The notes beneath the pieces were generated by a model. The model worked only from the letters and a program-made list of their open reading frames with translations. It had not been told where the DNA came from and did no database searches. A DNA stretch of 64,000 nt from Octopus sinensis (Eukaryota): contig NC_043009.1 of the NCBI RefSeq assembly GCF_006345805.1, positions 28,458,001-28,522,000 on the forward strand. Direction: 5' to 3'. This document shows, in pieces, positions 38,961 through 52,790 of this stretch. A program made the position numbers and the translations under genes. The first letter of the stretch is position 1; each line of letters begins with the position of its first letter.

Positions 38961-40429
38961 GGCAGCAACATGGTTTCTATGTTGAGTTTCCTCTCCCCAC
39001 CAAAATGAAGACTTGCGCATATAATAGAGGAGTTTGTTATTAACAACAAATAGCTATACAAACATGTCAGTATATACATATGTGTATGTGTGTGCATGTG
39101 AGTGTGTATATCTCTTTCTCTCTCTCTCTCTCTCTCTTTGTATGTATGTATGTGTGTGTGGTATAAATTTGTCTCCTCTCATAGTCTTTCGGTTTGTGTG
39201 GTCATGTTTGAGCTTTTTTTTATTTCTCTTTTGTGTATTATGTATTTGTATATTTGCATCATGTGTTTCTCATTTTCTTTTCTGTGTGAGTATATGTGTG
39301 TCTGTGCATATATATATACATGTATATATATGTATATGTCTATATATATATATTTATATATATATAAATATGTGTGCATATACATACATGCATATATATA
39401 TATATATATGTATATATATATGTATATATATTTATATATAAATATATGTATGTACATATATATATATATATGTATATTTATTTATATATATAAATATATG
39501 TATGCATGTGTATTTATATATAAATATATATACACACATATATATGTGTACATATGTATATATATAATATCTACATTCATATATGCACATACATCCATAT
39601 ATATGTATATATATATGTATATATGTGTATGTGTGCATGTATGTATATGTATATATAAGTATGTATGTATGTATATATATATATAAGTGTAGATATAAAT
39701 ACACACACATACACACACACGCACTTATATATATATATATATATACACATACACATACATACATTCATATAAATGTGCTTTAAGTGCGAATGTGTCTATA
39801 AGATAAATTCCTATGCTAATAAAACATCAATATTTGATGACATTATCATTATTATTATCATCAAAATCATCATCATCATCATCATCATTATTATTATTAC
39901 TATTATTATTGCTATTATTATTATTGTCTTTATTATAGCCATCACCATTACCATTTTTGTTCCAGTTATTTTTTTTCTCATTCCAACACTATTTTTTTTC
40001 TTTTTCTTTTTGTTTTTTCTGTTTCAAACAAACTTTAAAACATCACAAGAATTTTCTGTCCACATGGAATTAAAAATATTCTCATACCATTTTTTTATTC
40101 TTTGAATGATCAAATGACTAATACAGAATTTTACTTTATGTATTTGTGGACATGAAGATTTCTTGTACAGGAAGAATTCTCCTGTTTTTATTCAAAGAAA
40201 GAGAAAGACATTATGTCATCGAGACAAACTGTCAGGAATTTTTTTATCTTCACTTGTTGAATCTGCAGGGGAAGGTCCTTTGAGAATGGTGAGCTTGGTG
40301 CCATTAATCTTCTGTTTAAATTGTTGCAGGTTAACATTTGCAGGAAGAATATGAGTAGTGGGGGAGATTCTAGAGGGGGAATGGGGGGGGGGAAAGAACT
40401 GAGGATAGTGATTAATGCAGGGGGTCAGG

Positions 40430-40760
40430 GTGATGATAATGATGATGATGGTTGGGGTGGTGGTAGTAGCAGTGATGGTGATATTGATGATGATGGTGGT
40501 GGTGGTGGTGGAGATGATGATGAGGATGATAATGATGATGAAGACGGCAATGATGAGGATAATGATTTTGATGAAGATGATGATGAGGAAGAGGGGGAGG
40601 AGTAGTAGAAGGGGGAGGAGGGAGTAGTAGTAATAGTAGGAGTTGGAAGGGTAGGAGGACAGTAAGAATGGTAAAGAGGAGGAGTGTGATAGAGATGAGG
40701 ATAATGATGATATGATGATAGTGGTGGTGATGGAGGTGTGATGATGATAGCAATAACAAT
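40430..40760. repeat. Degenerate (GAT)/(GGT)/(GAG) field
   Basis: Seen directly in the sequence. Confidence 0.9.
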
Positions 40761-40983
40761 CATTAAACAAATCAAGAGTGATGAGAGGAGGAGGAACGAA
40801 TGATGAAGTACAAGACCAGCAAGCTCTGAGGAGCAGAGGCCATTATCACAGCAATGAAAAGGACAATGAGATGTGACAGGTTAGAGCATCTCTGTTAGTG
40901 ATTTAATGTCAATGAATTTTGAGTGGCCCTTTTCTGGATGTAGTCCAACATGTCTTTGAGTGCATAGCACATGATTTTATATG

Positions 40984-41017
<34 letters not shown>

Positions 41018-41316
41018 AGAAAACATTTTCAAATCCTTAAGATAGATGTCATTCAAAATCTTAACCACACATTCATTTTTAATAAAATGACATGATTTTA
41101 AGCTTGTGTGTTTGTGATTTAATTTCCTGGGTTGGGTGATGAGTTGTATTCTTCAGTAACACAATGCATTTTGCATTGCTCCAGTTAGCTCAGCTGGGGA
41201 AAATATGTAACCCTATGATGGACCAGTGTCCCATCAAGATGGACTAATATATATGCCAAAGGATCTGGGAAACCAGACCTTATGAGCCTATGGTTTGGGA
41301 AGAATCTTTGATCCCT

Positions 41317-41356
<40 letters not shown>

Positions 41357-41358
41357 CA

Positions 41359-41827
41359 ATAGGATATTTACCAATTTGTCTGGAGATAAGTGTGGCTGAA
41401 CTTGGAACTAGAGGGACAAAGATATGTACTGCCATAGAGGTCAGCTACTCTGCAGATACAAATATCTCTTCGAAAATCAAAGAAAAAGTGGGTAGCTATT
41501 GACAACTGCTTCGAAGCCTCCAGCTTCTATATCCAGACTATGAAATCAAATTCATACCAATAATAATTGGAGCACTAGGTTTTGTTAGTAAATGCTTAAA
41601 GGAGAATCTGGATAACCTGGAATTTTCAGAAAGAGAAATTAGTTGGCTGATTCATACATCACAAGTGCAATCTGTGACTGGAACAGTAAAAATATGCAAG
41701 ACTTTTCTCAAGTTCCAAATGTGAATTTGTCTGTGTTAACTACATCACTAAAATGGAGCCTTGTATTTTTGTTGGAAACTGGCTCCCTCCTCAGTGGAAG
41801 ATTTATAATAATTAGAAAATAGAAGAC
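41359..41827 (+). mobile_element. RLE-type non-LTR 3' fragment flanked on both sides by (TACA)n
   Basis: KICTAIEVSYSADTNISSKIKEKVGSY*QLLRSLQLLYPDYEIKFIPIIIGALGFVSKCLKENLDNLEFS...KICKTFLKFQM*. Confidence 0.8.
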
Positions 41828-42051
41828 ACATACATACATACATACATACATACATAATACATACATACATACATACATACATACTACATACATACATATA
41901 GATATGGATGTTGTGAGAAAAATACAAGAGAAATGGGATATTTATGGAACAATGATAAGGAGTTTGCAAATTCAGAAGAAAGACATGCATAAATACACAA
42001 CCAATGCTGAGTTACTGAGCAATCAACAGTTATTTTACCCAGAGTATGAGT

Positions 42052-43234
42052 TCAGGTTCTCAAAACCAAAATGGAGAAAACTGATTCAAAGACTACACAC
42101 CCAAGCCATCACCTATCATCATCATCATAATCATCATCATTTAACGTCTGTTGTTCATGCTGGCATGGGTTGGACAGTTTGACTGGGCTAGCATGCTGGA
42201 AAGCTGCACTGGGACTCCAGTATGATCTGGCACGGTTTTCTATGGCTGGATGCCCTTCCTAATGCCAACCACTCCCAGAGTGTAATGGGTGCATTAACAT
42301 GCCACCGTCATGGGTGTCAATTTGTGTGACACTGGTTTCTGTCATGACTGCAATTTTGCTCATCTTGATGGGTCTTTTTCTCTTGGCCATTGCATCTGTG
42401 AGGCCCAACACTTAAAAGGAACTCAGCCACTTTGCCACTCTGCCCAACTGTAAGAATTTTAAAAACTTTCCAGAAGTTTATCAATTAAGTATATATGCAC
42501 ATGTCTAGATATGCAGCTATATGCATGAAAATACATACATAAAACAAAACATACACAGCTGCACATGTACTGACTCCAAATACTGCACATTTATCCACAA
42601 ACATGCACCAATACCCTGTTGATGCAGTTGAAATTCCAATGAAGGTGTCTTAGATCTAGGTTAGAAACCAGCTCTTTCTCTATTGGCAAGAAATCTTGAA
42701 ATAAATTGAATGATGACATGAATATATATGTATGTATATACATACATTAATATGAGGACAATTATGATGACCAGTGGCCTTTAGTTTTGTGAGCTGAAAG
42801 ATTGCACAACGGTGACAACATGTCCAGTTATCAGGCATTAGGTTGTCTTTGACTATTCCTTGTTTATGCGAGAACTCCTGCAATCACTGCATGATTGATA
42901 CCAGTTTTACTTGTGTGTAGATTATGGCATCAGATGAAAAATGCCCAACAGCTTCCAGTGAACGAATCTTTCAAGCTCTTCATCATAGAAACTTGGTGAG
43001 AAAATGTAAAGATTTAAGATAAATTAATCAATTATTTCTAATTTAGAATAATTTTCCGAGTTGTTATAATGTGTAAAGTCATTAAATAATTATAACAAGA
43101 TTGGCTGATAACGATTTAACTAAGATTCAGCTAATGTCACAAATATTTGAACGTCATCATCATAATCATTATCCCCATTGTCATCATTGTTGTCATCATT
43201 GTCATAGTCATCATCATCAACATCATCATCAATG

Positions 43235-43266
<32 letters not shown>

Positions 43267-44140
43267 GTCATCATCATCATCATCATCATCATTATCATCA
43301 TCATCATCAGTATTGTCGTCATCATCAGCACCATCACCATTGTCATCATCATCATGGTTTTAACATCTACTTTTCCATGTTTGCATGTGTCAGATTGTTT
43401 TACAGATGGACATCATTCGAGCATCCAAATCTCACTCGTTTCCAAACATGATAATAATTCCTAAGTCTATTAAACAACAAAACACTCCAGACATAGTTAA
43501 CCTGCAAACTGACAATGACTAACACCATTTGCATGAGCCTTTTTGCTTAGAAAGACTGTGCAAAAAGCCTGGGCAAATGACACCATTGATAATAAAGCTG
43601 TTGTTTGTTTAGAGTCAGCACACATACACACACATAAAGATAAGGATAAATACGATACAACTGGTTCCTTCAGTTTCTGCGGATCAGGTTTTCAAAACCA
43701 GAAAGGAGAAAACTGATTCAAAGACTACACACCCAAGCCATCACTCATTATCATCATCAGCAGCAGCAGTAGCAGCATTTAACATCTGTTGTCCATACTG
43801 GCATGGGTTGGACAGTTTGACTGGGCTAGCACACTGGAAAGCTGCACTGGGACTCCAGTCTCATTTGGCATGATTTTCTATGGCTGAATGCCCTTCCTAA
43901 TGCCAACCACTCCCAGAGTGTAATGGGTGCATTAGCATGCCACCGGCATGAGTGTCACTTTGTGTGACACTGGTAACTATCATGACTGTGATTTTTCTCA
44001 GCTTGATGGGTCTTTTTCTCTTGGTCATTGCATTGTGAGGCCCAACACTTGAAAGGAGCTTATCCATTTTACTCTCATGAGGCCCAATGTTCAAAAGAAT
44101 CTCAGCCACTTTACCTCTGTGAGGTCTAACACTTGAAAAA
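42052..44140 (+). repeat. Local dispersed duplication (42052-42435 vs 43684-44060): about 60-bp non-RTE flank plus RTE 3' UTR (minus strand)
   Basis: Both copies start tcaggtt..caaaacca.a..ggagaaaactgattcaaagactacacacccaagccatcac and share diagnostic UTR variants. Confidence 0.85.
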
Positions 44141-44248
44141 AGTCTCGCTTTATGAGACGCAATCATAGGTTAAAGTCAAATTACGATGAATGTAAATAAA
44201 CAAACGAAATTTGCTTTAAAAGCATTGAGATGTCTATATATATATATA

Positions 44249-44284
<36 letters not shown>

Positions 44285-44464
44285 GGTTAGTAGAGTTAGA
44301 GGTTGAAATAACTGTGTAAGGAATAAAAATATCCGTTATACTACCAGTATATTTTCCTATGTTAATTACTTGTATAATTACCTGGACATACATATGCAAG
44401 CATATAATGCTCATAGTTTACAGGTTATGACAAAGATAAACATGAGTTTATCAGGAACCAAATT

Positions 44465-44621
44465 TAAAATAAACAGAAAATGGAGAAATATTGATCAACA
44501 ATAATTGACTTATATCAATTATTATTTTTTAATAAAAGATAATAAAAATTAAAATAGAAAATAATAATTGATATAAGCCAATTGTTGTTGATCAATATTT
44601 CTCCATTTTCTGTTTACTTTA
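44465..44621. repeat. Fold-back palindrome, arms about 64 bp
   Basis: taaacagaaaatggagaaatattgatcaaca... / ...tgttgatcaatatttctccattttctgttta. Confidence 0.9.
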
Positions 44622-44634
44622 TAAATATATATGC

Positions 44635-44666
<32 letters not shown>

Positions 44667-44760
44667 TATACGTATGAATATGAGAGTGATAATACTATTA
44701 GAAATACCATCACTAGTGGCAGTGAATACAAGCCATACAGGCAATATAATAATAATAATG

Positions 44761-44793
<33 letters not shown>

Positions 44794-44814
44794 TAATAAT
44801 AATAATAATAATAA

Positions 44815-44855
<41 letters not shown>

Positions 44856-45099
44856 TGCAGGAGTGGCTGTGTGGTAAGTAGCTTGCTAACCAACCACATG
44901 GATTTGGCAGGTGGAAACTGAAAGAATCCCGTCGTGTGTATATATATATATATATATATATATTTTAAATATAGGTCCAATACAAGAATACAGGTTTCTC
45001 TTATGGGGATGAAACCCAATTTCACATGGGTATATACAAAATTTATTAACATAATACTATGTTATATTATATTCATATAATAATAAATATTAAATACAA

Positions 45100-45181
45100 A
45101 TTACAAACAATTGTTTTGATTCTTACTCATAATAGTATTATAAAAATTCATGTTTGTGGGTAAGAACCTCTTCAGTGTAAT
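45100..45181 (-). ncRNA. Type-I hammerhead motif, GAAA box decayed to AAAA
   Basis: Minus strand: ATTACA CTGAAGA GGTTCTTACCCA...TGAGTAAGAATC AAAAC AATT GTT TGTAAT. Perfect stem I, about 12-bp stem II, palindromic stem III ACAATTGT. Confidence 0.75.
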
Positions 45182-45494
45182 GTTTGATATGTGAGGAGTT
45201 ACAGACCCAAGAAAAGACTGAATTTAGATATGTTTATGTCTTAAAGCATGAGCCTCAATAATTAAAAACAAGAACATAGATAAAAAATGAAAAATAAAAT
45301 ATGAAAAATAAACTAATATTATAGTCGTAAAATATATTTGTATATTATTAAGAATTTTAATAAAATATATTTTAGCACATTAGTTTTTTAAAAATACCCA
45401 GAACAATATTTTAAAAAGCTATGGCGAAATAAGAAATATCTCTTTTATTCTTCTATATCATAAAAAAATACGTGTTATTATAATTGGAGTCGAA

Positions 45495-45830
45495 GACCCC
45501 CTTCAGTCACGCATGACAATGTGATTGTACCTAGAAAGTTACCCTCCGAGGCACAAGTCTGGGCAAGGTTGTTTATGGAAGACCAGCAGTCGCCCATGCA
45601 TACCAGCCTCCTCTCTCCACACTACCGATGTTATCCAAGGGAGAGGCAAAGTCTGATACAGCTTGGCACCTGTGACGTTGCAACTCATTTCTACAGCTGA
45701 GTGAACTGGAGAAACGTGAAATAAAGTGTCTTGCTCAAGAACACAACATGCAGCCCGGTTCGGGATTCGAACTCACAACCCTATGGTCATAAGTTTGACG
45801 GTCTGACCACTGAGCCATGCACCTTCACTT
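45495..45830 (-). mobile_element. tRNA-like SINE (family D)
   Basis: Minus-strand head gaaggtgcatggctcagtggtcagacc...gtgagttcgaatcccgaacc with A and B boxes. Confidence 0.8.
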
Positions 45831-47005
45831 GTAATTAAAATAAAATAAAATAAAATAACCACCCCACTACCACCCCATTTCCCTTAAAATTTTGAACTTT
45901 GTTATTATAATAACAATATGCTATTAATCTATGGGTAAATAGCAAAATAATATATTTAAAATACTTTATCATCTCTAGTCAAATAGCAAATAATCTTTTA
46001 AATTACAGTGCATTAATTATTTATAATAATCCTTACTAAAAATCAAAGATTAGTAATTAAAAATTACGTAGTTCATATACGAAAGAAACTTTCTAAATTT
46101 ATTATCATAACATAATTATCGTAGACGTTAGATAAATGCTTAATTAACCAGTTATCCAAAAACAAATTTAATCATAAGGATTTCATGAGAGGCTTTTATC
46201 AGCTTTATATGCTGGACAATGGTCAATCCACAACTACAATATATAATGTTGGCCAAATATATTCATGACAGGGAATTGAACTCCTGACCATTAGGTTCCA
46301 AAGCTAACTTTTTAATCAGAAAGTCATCGATGCACCGATGTCTAAATAAACCAGCATAACCAAAGGTGACACAGAAACATTATTGCTTCCTCAGTTTTCT
46401 TGCAATCTCAGCAATTTCAGAGATTTACAGGAATACCATTCATCTCTTGTGAAAATGGTAACAATGACAATTGATATTGTGAAGAATCAGACAATGAAGT
46501 TGAATTGCCTTAGAAGATAATAACAATGTTGCACATTGTCATTGAAGCCAGATATGTCAGTTGTACTTTCCCCCATTTAAAAGGTGTGCATGTGTTAATG
46601 TGCGCATGCATTTCACAATCAATGCACAAAAGAACATAATGAATACATCAGTTAATTAAAGTGTGCACAAAAGTGTATTTATTTTATGCATTGTAGTCAT
46701 CATCATCATCATCATAATCACCATCCTCCTCCTTTTCCTCTTCCTCTCCCTCACCCTCTTTCCCCTCATCGTTGTCATCATCATCGTTGTCGTCATTGTC
46801 ACTGCTGTGATCATCATCATAATCATCATCATCATTAGCGTTATCCTCTGCTTTGCCATTGTCTTCCTCTTCCCCCCATCATCATCATCATCACCATCAA
46901 CGTAATTTTCGTCATAATAATAATAATAATGATAATAATAATAGTAATAATAATAACATCGAAAAATACCTTAGGAATGAGAACCCAGGTTTGAAATTTC
47001 CCCAA

Positions 47006-47051
47006 GACACCTGATGAAGGCTGGAGGGTATATCAGACAAAACATTGTGCT
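47006..47051 (+). ncRNA. Degenerate hammerhead motif within a short repeat (about 46958-47110)
   Basis: GACAC CTGATGA AGGCTG gagggtatat CAGAC AAAAC ATT GTGCT; CTG/CAG stem II, decayed GAAA box and partial stem I. Confidence 0.5.
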
Positions 47052-47151
47052 AACAACAAACAAGATGAGGACAAATATCTGTCAATTGTAAATAATGTAA
47101 ATAATGTACATATATGTATGTTTATCTATCTATCTGTCTGTCTGTCTATAA

Positions 47152-47658
47152 TTAGGTTGAGGAAAAAGTTAATGTGCCATGTTAAAATAATGCATTTTTA
47201 TATATTTTTGTGGTGTGTGTTCATGTCATGTTCAATGGTGACTCACTCAGTTCATTGAAAATGTGCTTAGTTTCAACAAGACGATGCAAAGCCGCATACC
47301 GCCAGTAAGACCAGCAACAAGATTGAAGAATTGGACGTTGTGGAAGTTCTGCCACATCCACCTTATAGTCTAGATGTTGCTCCATCTGACGACGGTCTCT
47401 TCCGATCAATGCAGCAATTTATGAAAGGTCACCGATTTGAGTCATTCGATGAAGTTGAAGAGGCATGTCAAGAATTTTTTGATTCAAAGCCAAAGGATTG
47501 GTACTTTGACTAAATCTGAAAGCTTGCAGATCGTTGGCAGAAGATCATAGAAAATGATGGTCTTTATTTTGAAGAATAGTTGTTGTTGTTTTTGAATAAG
47601 TTCTTGCATAAAAAAATCATTATTTTAGCATGGTGCACAAACTCTTTCTTCAACCTAG
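47152..47658 (+). mobile_element. Internally deleted mariner element with both TIRs
   Basis: TIRs ttaggttgaggaaaaagttaatgtgccatgttaaaataatg / cattattttagcatggtgcacaaactctttcttcaacctag|ta. Relic EVLPHPPYSLDVAPSDDGLFRSMQ...LADRWQKIIENDGLYFEE*. Confidence 0.92.
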
Positions 47659-47715
47659 TATCTATCAATCTATCTGTCTATCTTTATATATATATATATA
47701 TATACACACACAAAC

Positions 47716-47819
47716 AGGCTATAGTAGAAGACACTTGCCCAAGGTGCCATGCAGTGGGACTGAACCAGGACCATGTGGTTGGGAAGCAAGCTACTTACCA
47801 CACAGCCACTCCTGCACCT
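47716..47819 (-). mobile_element. SINE family A head
   Basis: Homologous to 1312-1401. Confidence 0.8.
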
Positions 47820-48197
47820 ACATACACACACACACACACACATGCACACACAAACACAAACAACATAATCTGTATTTAAGTAACAAGTTGTTGTGTAGAG
47901 GATACAAAAAAAAGGGACAGCAACAGATAATCTGCCCCCTTTCAAAGTACATTTATTGGAATTAGCTAGAGATTGAACTTACATCTCCTATTATTTATCA
48001 TACATAATCCACAAGAGTATTGAATGAGGACTGCGGAAACAATTCAGTGACTTCTGGGACAAAGACTGGAAGCGAAAATTCAATAAAAATGTTGAGTGTC
48101 ATTCACCATAAACAAGTGGACTACATGAATAGTTAATAGCATTCTTTCATTTTCGACATGGTTGATTCCTAGCAGGAACAGGTTTGGTCAAACTCTG

Positions 48198-48250
<53 letters not shown>

Positions 48251-48389
48251 TATGTATGTGTGAGTGTGTGAGTGTGAGTGTACTAAAATGAGTTGATGGT
48301 GAACCTGATATCTTATCTGTCTCCAACTATCACAACTTCTGTATTATCCTGCTTCTGTACCATAGAGACACAACTCTTTTTTATCTCTC

Positions 48390-48420
<31 letters not shown>

Positions 48421-48569
48421 CAGTTTACATGTATACATACTTACATACACACACATACACACTTATATACATATACATATATATAGATATATACATATAT
48501 GTGTACATACATATATATATAGATATATACAAATATAGATATATATATTTATATATAATATATATATAT

Positions 48570-48615
<46 letters not shown>

Positions 48616-48744
48616 TATATACATGTACACATTCTCTCTCTCTCTCTCCCTGACACTCTCTTTCTCTCTCTCTATATATATATATGTATTTATATATATA
48701 ATCTCTCTTTATATATATGGATATGAATGTATAAAGTAATATAT

Positions 48745-48778
<34 letters not shown>

Positions 48779-48871
48779 TTATACATATATACATACACAT
48801 CTCTTCTTCTCTCTCTCTATCTATCAGTCTGATAGATAAATAGATAAGTTGATAGATACATATGTAAGTAC

Positions 48872-48911
<40 letters not shown>

Positions 48912-49075
48912 ACATGTTACATGCTTATGCACACACACACATATATATGCAGTCACACCGGAATACTCACATACATAGACCATATATATATATATATATA
49001 TGTATACACACAAACTCACACACACACACATATATGAACACACATGCGATGCTAGTGAGTCATCAGTGGACTTAC

Positions 49076-49148
49076 ACATTTGACTCTTGGGACAATACAC
49101 ACAATGGCAATGGATGGGCAAGCCTACTTTCGCTGAATATTCAATGGA
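49076..49148 (-). other. Candidate 73-nt internal exon (unverified)
   Basis: Minus strand cttattttacag|TCCATT...CAAATGT|gtaagt; one open frame, [24 protein letters not shown]. Confidence 0.25.
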
Positions 49149-49292
49149 CTGTAAAATAAGTCCCTTGCATGCATGCAACGCCTGGATACTGACAAAATAC
49201 AATAATATCATAACGCACCATCTCTCTCTCCCTCCCCTGTTTTCCTCTCTCTATCTCTTTTACATACACGATTATATATACATATATATATG

Positions 49293-49335
<43 letters not shown>

Positions 49336-49350
49336 ATATATATATATATA

Positions 49351-49385
<35 letters not shown>

Positions 49386-49399
49386 TATATTTGTGTATA

Positions 49400-49441
<42 letters not shown>

Positions 49442-49481
49442 TTATTTATATATATATATATATCTATATATATATATATAT

Positions 49482-49562
<81 letters not shown>

Positions 49563-50689
49563 ACTTCTATAGATACATATATATCTACACACATATGTAT
49601 ATATATATATAAACTAGGGAAAAGCTCCATGAATTATGGATAGGTTAGCCACACTAACTTCTTAATGCTAAAAAATAAACCTCCTACATGGTAAATATAA
49701 GTGAAACCAACGATGTTTATTAATGTTTATTAATATTCATTAGATATTACTCTAGCATTGTGTGTGTAATATTAACTTATGAGTTTGCCAAAAAACACAT
49801 CTAAATAAATAAAATAAAAGAAAGAAAAAAGAAAAAGAAAATAAAGGAAGAAAGAAGAAATATCGTATTAATTGGAAAATAAGTTGTAGAAATTATTGTT
49901 ATTATTATTATTGCTGTTGCTGTTGTTGTTGTTGTTATTGTTGTTATTATTGTTGTCGTTGTTGCTATTGTTGTTGTTGTTGTTGTTGATGATGGTGATG
50001 ATGATGTTATTGAGTGATAATGCCCTTGGGGAAACTACATGAAAATCATGTAGTTTAAGTTACTGATCTGTTCTGGAAGACTTTTGGATTTGGGATCTCC
50101 CACCCACTCACTACCTATGAGTAACTTCCACAAATCTATGGCTGAGCAGCATTACCAAAGGGCATCAAAAGTTTAAGATTCTAAAGGTGTAACAGATAAA
50201 CTATTTCTGATGCATACAGCAACAAAACTATATCGCATCTATCCATGAAGTGTCTGAACATGGTTGACTCGGAAAGTCATGTTGAACACGATTTGCTGCA
50301 TGAAGAATAGATCTGGTTATTGGTCGAAGCCATTATGAAGGTTTTCCTAATGCCCTCCTTTAATAAGTTTGGAAACCTAGTTTTACTTTATCTGCTGCAT
50401 ATATAGTAAGAAGGTGTGTGATGGACAGGGCTGAAAGAATTGTGAGTTGACACCTCTTTGGTCAGCCCCTCATTGACCATTTAAGTTCCACTTGGAAAGA
50501 AAAGTGAGGGTGATATGAGGAGAATTCTTTCTCAGAGAATTTGTCAAAATGAGGACTATTATGGCAAAAACAGAGTGAATGGAACTACTCTAAGTATTAA
50601 TCTGCAGATTGGAGAACAAAAGTTGGGTGAGGGCAATCCTAGATCTGTGGGGTTCCTTGATTGACACTATTGGGAAACTTTTGTGTAAA

Positions 50690-50880
50690 AGGAAGACTAC
50701 ATCCTCCATGTGATATCTGATAGTTCCAACTTCTTGTGTCAGGTTGTAATATTCTTTGAGATGGTTCCAAATGTTCTAATCACGATAGCTACCATGCTCA
50801 TTCTTCAATCTCTATGAATACACTTCATTCAATATGACAGTTCTTGATGCCTTTTAAATTTCTAATAACTGATCAGCAGG
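50690..50880 (-). mobile_element. Highly degraded RLE-type non-LTR 3' fragment
   Basis: Minus strand KFKRHQELSY.MKCIH...VAIVIRTFGTISKN resembles the KYxDL...PIVIGALG..KN ending. Confidence 0.4.
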
Positions 50881-51659
50881 TTCCTCTAGTGGGCTTCTAT
50901 CCCACCTTACCAGCAAATACTAGGTTGGTGCTTGATGCAGAATACGCCATGTCAATGAGGAGAGAGGGGATCCTCTCAGGTTTCTTGGACAAACTTCTCT
51001 AGGAGTTAGGACTTTTCACATAAAACTTTTATTTCATTCTTACTCATTTGTCCTTAATCTGATCTCTCTTGTATCTCCAGTTCTTGCGAGGGTAATTACT
51101 AGAGCGAGGTAATCAGCTCAAATGAAGAGAGACAGGACTCTCAGAATCCTGAGTGGTACCTTGTTTACCGATGATGGCATGAAAAAAATTATTGGCTGGT
51201 AAAAACCTTAAAGCATATACCACGTTTACAGTTCCATCTGATCTGTGCAGACAGGGAAACGCGAACATTAAAATGAAGATGATGATGATGACGACGACAA
51301 GAGAATGACAATGGTTACAACGAAGGTGATGATGATGGTGATGATGATGATGATGATGGTGGTGGAGGAGGTGACGAAGATGACGATGATGATGATAATA
51401 TATTGAATGGAAGTAGAATCTAGAAACATATATGCACTATAATTTTATGTTTATATGCATATATTCTCTGATGTATTATTATTCTATTTATGAACTGTTA
51501 AACTTCATCACATACACACCACACACTAATATGTATGTATATGTATACATACATATCTATCTATCTGTCTATTTATATATTTATATATACATACATAAAA
51601 TTTATTACATATATATATATATATACACACACTACATAAATATATAAATATATAAATAT

Positions 51660-51691
<32 letters not shown>

Positions 51692-51694
51692 CAC

Positions 51695-51782
<88 letters not shown>

Positions 51783-52089
51783 CAGATATATGTAGATGTA
51801 TATGAAAAAATATCAATTATATGGAATGAGAAAAATAACCATGTATTAACTTTTGCACTGTAGAATGTTCTTCTCTGCTAAATCCATTACTCGTTCCCCG
51901 CCCCCAAATACCCAAGAACTCATTTCGGTTCCATTTCATATGAGTCATGCAAAATAACCCCAATGTTTTCATAAATTCCAATTTCTACTTATTGCTCTTA
52001 ACAGATATAGATCTGTCTCTCAATGATCAAAGAACTAAACCTGGAAATGGCTACATCTGGTGCTTGGTTGTTTGGTTGTGAACTTTACT

Positions 52090-52790
52090 ATGTGTGTGTG
52101 TGTGTGGAATGTGCTAATGTGCATGTGTGTGGTTAGCAGAGTGCATGGGTGCATGTAATATGCATGTGTCTGTGAGCAGTGTGCATGAGCATATGTAATG
52201 TGAATGTGCATTCATGGGTGCATATAAGGGCATGTATGCCAGAGCTGTGTATGTGTGTAAGTAAAATGAACATGTGTGGCTAATGTACGTGTGTGTGTGC
52301 ATCATGTACATCTATGTAAGTAACGAGTATGTACATGTTTAATATGCATGTGTGCATGCAGTATGTATGTGTATGAGCAGCCTGTGTGTGTAAGTAGTGT
52401 GTATAACTATGCATTGTGCATCTGTATATGCAGTGTGATGCACAGAAGAAATGTGCATACATGCAAAAGGATGTGCATGTGTATGTGAGTAATGTACATG
52501 TGTGCAAGTAGCTTGTATGTGTATCAAGTTGTGCACATGTGTGGGTTGTGGTCATGCATGCATGCAAATAATGCAAATGCATGTGAATAGTATGCATGTG
52601 TATTTAGCAATGTGCATGCAAGCAAATAACGTGCATATGTGTAATGTACATGGACATTAGTAGCCAGCCTGTATCCAAGTAATATGATGTGTGTGTGTGT
52701 GTGTAAGTTACATGCATTCATGTGTGTGTAGTGTGCATTTGTGTGCATTGGCGCTATGTGGTTTGTGAATGCATAAATGTATATATATGA
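52090..52790. repeat. Degenerate (TG)/(TGCA) alternating purine-pyrimidine field
   Basis: Seen directly in the sequence. Confidence 0.85.

Noticed and set aside
38099-39097. 332-aa and 304-aa ORFs, and all other poly-I/Y/H/D/M/L/E ORFs in the track
   Set aside because: They are translations of stop-free microsatellites on both strands, with no domain content.
44035-44140. Short repeats with spacers (CRISPR-like look)
   Set aside because: Degenerate tandem subrepeats of a LINE segment in a eukaryotic context, with no cas genes.
45770-45830. tRNA-like A/B boxes here and in other SINE heads
   Set aside because: No cloverleaf, and each is attached to a repeated SINE body, so they are not tRNA genes.
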